The translations under genes and the position numbers were made by a program. From contig OZ024741.1 of the NCBI GenBank assembly GCA_964016885.1, positions 147,436,001 through 147,500,000 on the forward strand: DNA of 64,000 nt, written 5' to 3'. This document shows positions 13,981-24,587 of the stretch, piece after piece; positions within the stretch are counted from its first letter, which is position 1; each line of letters starts with the position of its first letter. This DNA is from Eledone cirrhosa. Taxonomy: Eukaryota. The notes below the pieces were generated by a model. The model did not search any database, had not been told where the DNA came from, and saw nothing but the letters and a program-made list of their open reading frames with translations.

Positions 13981-16900
13981 TATATATGTGAATATAGACA
14001 TAGAATATTCGAAAATATTCTGTATGTTTATAATAAACATTTTGAAGACGTAATCGCTATAGAATAGAATACGTCACGTATTACAATTAGATTCTCGATA
14101 AAAGCAAGGGAAGTAATCTACGCGTTTCATTCTTATTAGAAATCTTCAGGACCACATATCCAGTGCTTTTATCGAGAATGACACAGCTAGAGACTTATAG
14201 AATACTTAGCTGTGTACAGGAACTGGTTTGAAAGAGCGGTTGCCGGTCCGGCAGAAATTAGAAATTGGAATAAATGCTCTGAAATAGCGATATATATGTG
14301 AATATAGACATAGAATATTCGAAAATATTCTGTATGTTTATAATAAACATTTTGAAGACCTAATCGCTATAGAATAGAATACGTCACGTATTACAATTAG
14401 ATTCTCGATAAAAGCAAGGGAAGTAATCTACGCGTTTCATTCTTATTAGAAATCTTCAGGACCACATATCCAGTGCTTTTATCGAGAATGACACAGCTAG
14501 AGACTTATAGAATACTTAGCTGTGTACAGGAACTGGTTTGAAAGAGCGGTTGCCGGTCCGGCAGAAATTAGAAATTGGAATAAATGCTCTGAAATAGCGA
14601 TATATATGTGAATATAGACATAGAATATTCGAAAATATTCTGTATGTTTATAATAAACATTTTGAAGACCTAATCGCTATAGAATAGAATACGTCACGTA
14701 TTACAATTAGATTCTCGATAAAAGCAAGGGAAGTGATCTACGCGTTTCATTCTTATTAGAAATCTTCAGGACCACATATCCAGTGCTTTTATCGAGAATG
14801 ACACAGCTAGAGACTTATAGAATACTTAGCTGTGTACAGGAACTGGTTTGAAAGAGCGGTTGCCGGTCCGGCAGAAATTAGAAATTGGAATAAATGCTCT
14901 GAAATAGCGATATATATGTGAATATAGACATAGAATATTCGAAAATATTCTGTATGTTTATAATAAACATTTTGAAGACCTAATCGCTATAGAATAGAAT
15001 ACGTCACGTATTACAATTAGATTCTCGATAAAAGCAAGGGAAGTAATCTACGCGTTTCATTCTTATTAGAAATCTTCAGGACCACATATCCAGTGCTTTT
15101 ATCGAGAATGACACAGCTAGAGACTTATAGAATACTTAGCTGTGTACAGGAACTGGGTTGCCGGTCCGGCAGAAATTAGAAATTGGAATAAATGCTCTGA
15201 AATAGCGATATATATGTGAATATAGACATAGAATATTCGAAAATATTCTGTATGTTTATAATAAACATTTTGAAGACCTAATCGCTATAGAATAGAATAC
15301 GTCACGTATTACAATTAGATTCTCGACAAAAGCAAGGGAAGTAATCTACGCGTTTCATTCTTATTAGAAATCTTCAGGACCACATATCCAGTGCTTTTAT
15401 CGAGAATGACACAGCTAGAGACTTATAGAATACTTAGCTGTGTACAGGAACTGGTTTGAAAGAGCGGTTGCCGGTCCGGCAGAAATTAGAAATTGGAATA
15501 AATGCTCTGAAATAGCGATATATATGTGAATATAGACATAGAATATTCGAAAATATTCTGTATGTTTATAATAAACATTTTGAAGACCTAATCGCTATAG
15601 AATAGAATACGTCACGTATTACAATTAGATTCTCGATAAAAGCAAGGGAAGTAATCTACGCGTTTCATTCTTATTAGAAATCTTCAGGACCACATATCCA
15701 GTGCTTTTATCGAGAATGACACAGCTAGAGACTTATAGAATACTTAGCTGTGTACAGGAACTGGTTTGAAAGAGCGGTTGCCGGTCCGGCAGAAATTAGA
15801 AATTGGAATAAATGCTCTGAAATAGCGATATATATGTGAATATAGACATAGAATATTCGAAAATATTCTGTATGTTTATAATAAACATTTTGAAGACCTA
15901 ATCGCTATAGAATAGAATACGTCACGTATTACAATTAGATTCTCGATAAAAGCAAGGGAAGTAATCTACGCGTTTCATTCTTATTAGAAATCTTCAGGAC
16001 CACATATCCAGTGCTTTTATCGAGAATGACACAGCTAGAGACTTATAGAATACTTAGCTGTGTACAGGAACTGGTTTGAAAGAGCGGTTGCCGGTCCGGC
16101 AGAAATTAGAAATTGGAATAAATGCTCTGAAATAGCGATATATATGTGAATATAGACATAGAATATTCGAAAATATTCTGTATGTTTATAATAAACATTT
16201 TGAAGACCTAATCGCTATAGAATAGAATACGTCACGTATTACAATTAGATTCTCGATAAAAGCAAGGGAAGTAATCTACGCGTTTCATTCTTATTAGAAA
16301 TCTTCAGGACCACATATCCAGTGCTTTTATCGAGAATGACACAGCTAGAGACTTATAGAATACTTAGCTGTGTACAGGAACTGGTTTGAAAGAGCGGTTG
16401 CCGGTCCGGCAGAAATTAGAAATTGGAATAAATGCTCTGAAATAGCGATATATATGTGAATATAGACATAGAATATTCGAAAATATTCTGTATGTTTATA
16501 ATAAACATTTTGAAGACCTAATCGCTATAGAATAGAATACGTCACGTATTACAATTAGATTCTCGATAAAAGCAAGGGAAGTAATCTACGCGTTTCATTC
16601 TTATTAGAAATCTTCAGGACCACATATCCAGTGCTTTTATCGAGAATGACACAGCTAGAGACTTATAGAATACTTAGCTGTGTACAGGAACTGGTTTGAA
16701 AGAGCGGTTGCCGGTCCGGCAGAAATTAGAAATTGGAATAAATGCTCTGAAATAGCGATATATATGTGAATATAGACATAGAATATTCGAAAATATTCTG
16801 TATGTTTATAATAAACATTTTGAAGACCTAATCGCTATAGAATAGAATACGTCACGTATTACAATTAGATTCTCGATAAAAGCAAGGGAAGTAATCTACG

Positions 16901-17175
16901 CGTTTCATTCTTATTAGAAATCTTCAGGACCACATATCCAGTGCTTTTATCGAGAATGACACAGCTAGAGACTTATAGAATACTTAGCTGTGTACAGGAA
17001 CTGGTTTGAAAGAGCGGTTGCCGGTCCGGCAGAAATTAGAAATTGGAATAAATGCTCTGAAATAGCGATATATATGTGAATATAGACATAGAATATTCGA
17101 AAATATTCTGTATGTTTATAATAAACATTTTGAAGACCTAATCGCTATAGAATAGAATACGTCACGTATTACAAT
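13981..17175 (-). mobile_element. Tandem array of a 310-bp hammerhead-containing unit (non-LTR retrozyme-like), 10 full copies plus a partial
   Basis: tttgaagac recurs at 14041, 14351, 14661, 14971, 15269 (after a 12-bp deletion), 15579, 15889, 16199, 16509, 16819 and 17129. Each full unit has a - strand hammerhead and there is no ORF. Confidence 0.93.
14113..14155 (-). ncRNA. Minimal type I hammerhead ribozyme (first of 10 array copies)
   Basis: GTGGTC-CTGAAGA-t ttct aata agaa t-GAAA-CGCG-TA-GATTAC. Predicted cleavage is after GUA (between 14119 and 14118). It is enclosed by the 15-bp IR ttctcgataaaagca/tgcttttatcgagaa. Confidence 0.92.
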
Positions 17176-17196
17176 TTCGATAAAAGCACTGGATAT

Positions 17197-17239
17197 GTGG
17201 TCCTGAAGATTTCTAATAAGAATGAAACGCGTAGATTAC
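17197..17239 (+). ncRNA. Inverted copy of the array hammerhead at the array/PLE junction
   Basis: gtggtc-ctgaaga-tttctaataagaat-gaaa-cgcg-ta-gattac on the + strand. The flip occurred through the enclosing IR. Confidence 0.9.
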
Positions 17240-17404
17240 TTCCCTTGCTTTAGGCCTTGTTCTTAGTTCTTTCTATTCTATTCCAAAATTTGCTCCTATA
17301 CAAGGGGCAGGTCCCATTTATGTCATTATTTACCATTTTTTCCCATTTGGTTCTGGCTCCTTTATACACTCTGATTCTATGGGAAAAAATGGTAAAAAAA
17401 AAAA

Positions 17405-18067
17405 ATGGTAAATAATGACATAAATGGGACCTGCCCCTTGTATAGGAGTAAATTTTGGAATAGAATAGAAAGAACTAAGAACAAGGCCAATAGAATAAAC
17501 TCATGGTACGATAGCAATAAATACCAGAGTGTAATGTTCATCACTACAACCCCTAGAGGCGAACTAGCCTACAAATTTAGAAGGGCCCTAAAGAAACATA
17601 ATCTCAATATTAAGATAGTAGAAAGACCTGGTACCTCTGTAAAAACACTTATTAGCAAGACATACCCGTTCCAAAGACCCTCATGTATAGATAAGAAATG
17701 TATAACCTGTAAAATAAGCCCCCATATTAACTGTAAAACTAGAAATGTAGTATATAGCATAAGATGTACTGAAGGACAATGTAGAAACAAAAATATAGTG
17801 TACATAGGTGAGACAGCTCGTAGTATAGGGGAACGAATAAATGAACACTGGCGAGACCTCCAAGATAGTAAAGAATCATCTGTGCTCTACCAACATGCTA
17901 AGATAGAACACAGGGGTAAATTAGAGAGCATAGAAATAAAAATAGAATCCACACACAAGAAAGACGCAATGTTTAGGCAAATTACAGAGGCAGTAAGCAT
18001 AAAAGAATTAAAACCAAAATTAAATAGAAAATATGAGTGGAACAGCAACATCACAACTTACAATTAA
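17405..18067 (+). CDS. PLE polyprotein C-terminal fragment: Cys-rich linker plus GIY-YIG endonuclease
   Basis: CIDKKCITC..CKTRNVVYSIRC..VYIGETARSIGERINEH..RQITEAVSIKELKPKLNRKYEW. It is 5'-truncated. Confidence 0.85.
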   Translation: MVNNDINGTCPLYRSKFWNRIERTKNKANRINSWYDSNKYQSVMFITTTPRGELAYKFRRALKKHNLNIKIVERPGTSVKTLISKTYPFQRPSCIDKKCITCKISPHINCKTRNVVYSIRCTEGQCRNKNIVYIGETARSIGERINEHWRDLQDSKESSVLYQHAKIEHRGKLESIEIKIESTHKKDAMFRQITEAVSIKELKPKLNRKYEWNSNITTYN

Positions 18068-18364
18068 GGACAAAATGAAAACACACACACACATAGAACA
18101 AACAACTTACAATTGAAAACACACACAAAATGAAAACACACACAAGACAAAATGAAAACACACACACACATAGAATAAACAACCAACCAACAATAAATAA
18201 ATAAATAAACAAACAAATATAAATAGAAAAATAGAAAAATGAACACAAACACACACAGACACCCGGATGTGGCGCATGCGCAAACTGAGCACGCAACCCA
18301 CACACAAACAAAATGGCGTAGGATAGAAGAAAGGAAAGGCACAGAAACGAAGAAAGAAATCCCC

Positions 18365-18409
18365 AGTCACTGAAGAGGTCACAGAGTGTGTGACGAAAGA
18401 ACTATGACT
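18365..18409 (+). ncRNA. Minimal type I hammerhead in PLE-A terminus
   Basis: AGTCA-CTGAAGA-g-GTCACA gagtg TGTGAC-GAAA-gaac-TA-TGACT. Confidence 0.88.
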
Positions 18410-18625
18410 ATATATATATAAACAACTATCTGGTTGTGGAACCAACCAACCAACCAGAAATTTATAAATTTGTAAATTTATAAATATATATTAAATTAAA
18501 TTGAAGTGAAAGCAACTGGTGCGTGTGTTTCTTATTGGCAACATGACCCTCCCAAAGTATAACAATATCGGTTTCAACACACGATTTCAGATAAAGAATC
18601 TTGCTAAACAAATTCAGAAACGATA

Positions 18626-18695
<70 letters not shown>

Positions 18696-18702
18696 CATAT
18701 AT

Positions 18703-18738
<36 letters not shown>

Positions 18739-18786
18739 TTACATATATATATATTTACATATATATACATATATATATGTATATAC

Positions 18787-18817
<31 letters not shown>

Positions 18818-18819
18818 CA

Positions 18820-21800
18820 TATGTCCTGGGTATGACATTAAACTACATCCAGTGGCAAGGCTCCAGTTCGGGAGTTCAGGAGATGTGGGGAATGTGGAGT
18901 TACCCCTTAGTTGTCATGACTCCCAGGTCTGCCCTGGCCCGGGGTGGTAGTACCTGTTAGGGCTCCATTTATGGGTTAAATAACTACCTTATTCGAGTGG
19001 CGCCGGTAAGGTATTGTCAGCCATTGAAAAGAAATATGGAGAGTCGATCTAACAGCACTAGGGTTAGAGCCCCTAATTACACTGTCAAGGAGCAGCCTGG
19101 TCGTTATGACTCTGCTGGCTTAGAGCCACAGAGAGGGCCAGTGGATGATGGATCAGCTGTCTCTGAGACAAATATAAAGAATGCAGTTTTGTCCTGCAGA
19201 AGAACCATCAAAATGGGCACTTTGAATGTGAGGACTATTCGAACGCTGGAGAAGAGAGAGGAGTTGGGACATCTGTTCGAGGAGAGTGGTATACAGATAC
19301 TTGCGATCCAAGAACACAGGATTCTACACGATGAGCCCGTAGGGAGTGTGATGATCGGGAGGAAGAGCCAGCTCATCACTACATCGGCAGTGAAGAACAC
19401 AACAAATGCTGCAGTAGGAGGAGTGGGTTTTGTGTTCAGTGCAAAAACCAATCTGTTGGTGAGGGAAATAATGCCTATCTCCCCACGAGTGTTGAGGGTG
19501 ACCTTCAATGGAAACCCAAGACTGACAGTCATCTCAGCCTATAGTCCAACCGAGGGGGACAGTGATGTGAATGCCGAGGAGTTCCATGAGGAGGTGTGTA
19601 GAGCTGTCAACACCACTCAGGCACACAATATCCTGCTTGTTTTGGGGGACTTCAATGCACATCTGGGTAAGGAGGGCAGTGAAGATCCTTGCTGGTACTT
19701 CCATAACAACGCCAACCGAAATGGAAGACTACTGAGAGACACCCTGCTGGAGGCGAACTTGATGGCGACCAACCTAAGGTTTAGGAAGAATCTGGGGAAG
19801 ATGTGGACCTACATCTCAGATATGCACCTGTCCAAGTCCCAGATTGATTTCATTCTGGTGAGGAAAAGTGGCGGAATAGTGTTCTGAACACGGAACCATA
19901 CAGCTATTTCAGTACACTGGGTAGTGACCACCGGCTTGTTATGAGTGAGGTCCGCGTGAGCTTAAGAAAGAGCAAGGCTCAGCCCCGGAGAACAATCTAT
20001 GACTGGGGAGCTTTCAAGGAAGATGATAAGCTACAGGAGAGGTTCACAGTGGAAGTGAGAAACAGGTTTAGTGCTCTGTGTGGAGAGTCAGAGGAGAGAG
20101 AGATTAGATGAACTGAGGAGAGTGTGACGAGGAGGTACGGGCACTTCGCCAATGCAGTGGCGAAAGCAAGTGAAACCCTGGTGCCGAGGAAAAAGAACAA
20201 AGAGAAGCACGTCAGCTCTGCAAACCCAAAAGTGTGTGCAGCCAGAGAACACCTGAAAGCTGCCAGGGACCAATTCTATGCTGATCCTACGGAGGAGAGG
20301 ATGGAGACTGTGGAGGTGATGAGGGAAGAGCTCTGTACCGCTTACACTGAGGTCAGAGAGGAGGCACTGATAGAGAAGATCAGAAGTGTGGAGAGAGCGG
20401 TTGACAGATCTGGATGTAAGGAGAGCTGGATGATCATCAACGAGATCACAGGGAGGAAGAAAAGGTGTTCGAGTCAGATCCAGGGAACGGGGCCCGAGGA
20501 TAGGAAGAGGAAATGGCTAGACCATTTTAGGACCCTACTAGGAGATCCACCCTCCACAGCCCAGAGCACTGGGGAGATCAGGCGGCTGTTTGAGGAACTG
20601 GATGTTGAGACAGAGCCCTTCACCAGAGAGGAGCTTCAGAGAGCCAAGAAGAAGATCAAGGAGGGCAAGGCTAATGGAGAAGATGGAGTGGCATCAGACG
20701 TGATGAAGAGGTGTGATTTTGATGATATCATCCTGGGGTTCTGTAACGGGGCACTGGAGAAAGGAGTTGCCCCGAATCAGTGGAGGATCAGTAACATCGT
20801 CCCAGTGCCAAAGAGGGGAGATCTCTCTAACACCAACAACTACCGGGGGATCTCACTGACGTCACTTGTGGCAAAGACCCTCAACAGGATGATTCTTAAC
20901 AGGATCCAGCCTGAGATGGAGAAGAAGCTCAGGGACAACCAGAACGGCTTCAGAGAGGGTAGATCAACCACCAGTCACATCCTGATGCTGAGGAGGATAT
21001 TAGAGGGAGCTAGAGCAAAGTGCCTTCCTGCGGTCATGGTTTTCATTGACTTTAGGAAGGCCTTTGATTCTGTGGACCGTTACTGCCTGATGAAGATCTT
21101 ACAGGCTTATGGAATCCCCAAGAGGATAGTGGACCTGATATCACTGCTCTACACCAACACCAAAGCCCAAGTCATTACACCTGATGGGATGACAGAGTTC
21201 TTTGAGATACTGGCTGGAGTGCTCCAGGGAGATACATTGGCTCCCTACCTTTTTATCATCGTAGTGGACTATTGTATGCGCCTTGCACTGGAGAAACACC
21301 AGGACTCTGGCTTTACTGTAGCACCGGCTCAGAGCAGGAGAGTTGGGGCGAAAAAGGTATCGGATGCTGAATTTGCCGACGACATAGTTTTGGTGACAAA
21401 TACAGTGAAGGAGGCAGAGGATTTGATGCGGGAGGTTGAGACTGTGTCGATGAGTGTGGGGCTGAGAATGAATGAGACTAAAACAAAATATCTGGTAGAG
21501 AATGTTGAGAAGCCAGAAGGGATCACTAATGTAGGCGGGAAGCCGCTGGAATTGGTTGAGGACTTCCTGTATTTGGGAGCAAAGATTGGGAATACGGAAG
21601 ATGATGTGGTTGAGAGGAAGAGCAAGGCCTGGGCGGCGTGTCACAGCTTGAGATCGGTGTGGAAGTCGGACCTTCGTAGAGACCTGAAAATCCGCCTCTT
21701 CATTGCTGTAGTGGAGTCTGTGCTGCTGTGTGGGTCTGAGACTTGGACACTGACCAAGAGACTCACTCAGATGGTGGATGGGTGCTACACGAGAATGCTG

Positions 21801-22140
21801 AGGATGGCTCTGAACATTAATCAGTATACACTGAGGATGAAAAACTCAGAGCTGTATGGGAGCATCCCAAAAGTCAGCTCAAAAGTGACACAGAGGAGAC
21901 TGAGGTTGGCTGGACATGCTCACCGACATCCAGAGTTGACATTGCACTCAGTGCTCCTTTGGGAGCCCCTACATGGACACACTAGAAGAGGAAGACCAAG
22001 GTTAACATATGTTGATGCCCTAAGGACAGACACTGGTCTGTTGGAGATGCAGGATATGGCAGCGATAATGAGGGACAGAGACCGCTGGAGAGAACTCGTC
22101 CATGGATCTCGGGAATTTTACCCGCCTTAGATAGATAGAT
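18820..22140 (+). mobile_element. Near full-length RTE-clade LINE
   Basis: Structured 5' leader, single APE-RT ORF and (TAGA)n tail, inserted in (TA)n. Confidence 0.9.
18997..22130 (+). pseudogene. RTE APE endonuclease + reverse transcriptase, disrupted
   Basis: APE motifs TLNVRT, IQEHR, GDFNAH, QIDFIL and SDH. RT motifs NYRGISL, QNGFR, FIDFRKAFDSV, GVLQGDTLAP and FADD. There is a frameshift near 19861-19866 and an in-frame TGA at 20109. Confidence 0.9.
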
Positions 22141-22171
22141 ATATACATATATATATACATATATATATATG

Positions 22172-22202
<31 letters not shown>

Positions 22203-22249
22203 GCATATATATATACATATATATATACATATATATATATGTATATACA

Positions 22250-22281
<32 letters not shown>

Positions 22282-22301
22282 CATATATATATGTATATAC
22301 A

Positions 22302-22333
<32 letters not shown>

Positions 22334-22438
22334 CATATATAGATTTTGAGTTTATGTTGGTTGTATACCAACACCTCAGTATGCAGGCTGGAGCACTCGA
22401 CGAAGTGCGCAGGTTGGTTTGGTTACTCCGGAGTAGTG

Positions 22439-22878
22439 TAAAATAAAGTTAAATAAAAGTCAAATGATTAAAATTTAGCTTCGTTTATTACTGCTATATA
22501 TATTTCAGTGACAGCCATCTTTGGCTGTGACCTCTTCAGGCAGTTTGAATTAGTATGGTATAGACAAGTACATATGTTGTTTAGGTGTATGATATTGTCA
22601 ATACTCTGATATGCCCAGTTCCTTGTTGGGTTGTTAATTCACTGGGGAACTGGAGTCATATGACTCCAGTTCCCCAGTGAATTAACAACCCAACAAGGAA
22701 CTGGGCATATCAGAGTATTGACAATATCATACACCTAAACAACATATGTACTTGTCTATACCATACTAATTCAAACTGCCTGAAGAGGTCACAGCCAAAG
22801 ATGGCTGTCACTGAAATATATATAGCAGTAATAAACGAAGCTAAATTTTAATCATTTGACTTTTATTTAACTTTATTT

Positions 22879-22880
<2 letters not shown>
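22439..22880. repeat. Perfect spacer-less 442-bp palindrome of a hammerhead-bearing terminus
   Basis: The centre is gtcat|atgac at 22659/22660 and the arms are exact reverse complements by inspection. Confidence 0.92.
22775..22829 (+). ncRNA. Type I hammerhead (mirror copy on - strand at 22490-22544)
   Basis: ACTGC-CTGAAGA-ggtc acagcca aaga tggctgt cact-GAAA-TATATA-TA-GCAGT. Confidence 0.85.
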
Positions 22881-22930
<50 letters not shown>

Positions 22931-22981
22931 CATATATATACATATATATATTTACATATATATATATATACATATATATAT

Positions 22982-23042
<61 letters not shown>

Positions 23043-23044
23043 CA

Positions 23045-23112
<68 letters not shown>

Positions 23113-23134
23113 TATATATGTGCATATATGCATA

Positions 23135-23176
<42 letters not shown>

Positions 23177-23731
23177 TATATATGTGCATATGCATATATA
23201 TATATATATATATATGCATGCATACATGCATCTGTATATATATATGTATATATGAGTCTATATATATATGTGTGTGTGTGTTTCACCTGATTTTTTTCAA
23301 CTCTATGAAATGTACTAATGAGACTCTCAGGCAATCTCGATTATAAAAGGAGAATAAGAAAGATTAAATGAAGCCCGTAATAATAAAGTAAAACTTGGAA
23401 TTGGTAGATATATAGCATTTATCTCACTATCTAGAGGGGTGGGATTACAGGATAACTGGCTGATTAGTAATATTAACAGTAACAGTAGCAATACTTCCAC
23501 ACCAACTGTACTTCAAAAGCAACACAAATAATATAAGTAGTAAATACTCAATTACATCAGCGCTTGCTGATTGCATCGAAGTAAAAATAAAGAATATATC
23601 AATGCTGTACTAAAATTATATATATACTCACCCACACACCCACATACATACATACATTCATATATAAATACATATGCAAACATACATATGTAGACACAGG
23701 CATATATATATATATACACACACACACAAAG

Positions 23732-23824
<93 letters not shown>

Positions 23825-24201
23825 TATATACATATATATATATATTAAATTAAAAATTGATATAATGCTACAAATATGAAAATACTGATAAAGATCAATA
23901 ATTTGGCTTCAAAAACAAACAAAACAGAAAAAATAATAAAATAAATAGGAATTTATTCAATATAAAGAATTGAAACATGAGCAAATTGAGAATGATGATG
24001 TAATGCTACTCTGAAATTAGTATTATTGTTATTTTTATTGGTATTATTGTTATTGTTATTTTTATTATTGTTGTTGTTGATATTATTATTGTTGTTATTG
24101 GAACTTAAACTGAGTAAAGCAACCAATATTTTTATTTCTACAACTGGAGGGAGAAAAGGATGTTTAATAAGAATAACGATTCAAAATTAATAATAATAAA
24201 A

Positions 24202-24364
24202 ATTGTTTCTACTTTAGGCACAAGGCCAGCAATTATCCCAGTGCATTATTGGTGCTTTATTTTATCGACCCCAAAAGGATAAAACGCAAAGTTAACGTTG
24301 GCGGGATTTGAAATCAGACCGTAAATGGCCGTAACTCTATACTGCAAAGCATGGCGTCCGGCGC
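24202..24364 (-). mobile_element. tRNA-derived SINE copy
   Basis: Same core as 2808-2975. Confidence 0.8.
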
Positions 24365-24587
24365 TTATTATTATTGAATGCCATGGTTGACGGAGGCTCG
24401 GCTCTGTAAGTATAGTAATTTTTAACCGTTAAAACAATTGTAAATTGTTTAAAACTTGAACCAAATTGTTGATAAAGACACCCTCCTCCTCGTGAGAGGG
24501 GTCTTTCTGTCCGTTATTTGGCCCTTCGGGGTTAAATAACCAGTTATTGGGGTTTTGTACCCAAAATTTCATTTTAAACAAAAAAAC

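Larger units (their letters stand above)
17252..18622 (+). mobile_element. 5'-truncated Penelope-like element family A with inverted 5' segment
   Basis: 17252-17378 is an inverted copy of the 17380-17488 region plus upstream sequence. It is followed by a GIY-YIG ORF and a hammerhead-bearing 3' terminus, and ends in (TA)n. Confidence 0.9.

Noticed and set aside
13981-17175. Array as CRISPR, centromeric satellite or tandem snRNA/5S genes
   Set aside because: There are no unique spacers or cas genes and the context is eukaryotic. No recognisable snRNA or 5S sequence is present. The hammerhead explains the unit.
18940-18990. Pistol ribozyme resemblance (GUUAGGGC..UUAAAUA)
   Set aside because: The P1 hairpin around the loop and the downstream P2/P3 arrangement could not be built. 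It is retained only as an unclassified structured leader.
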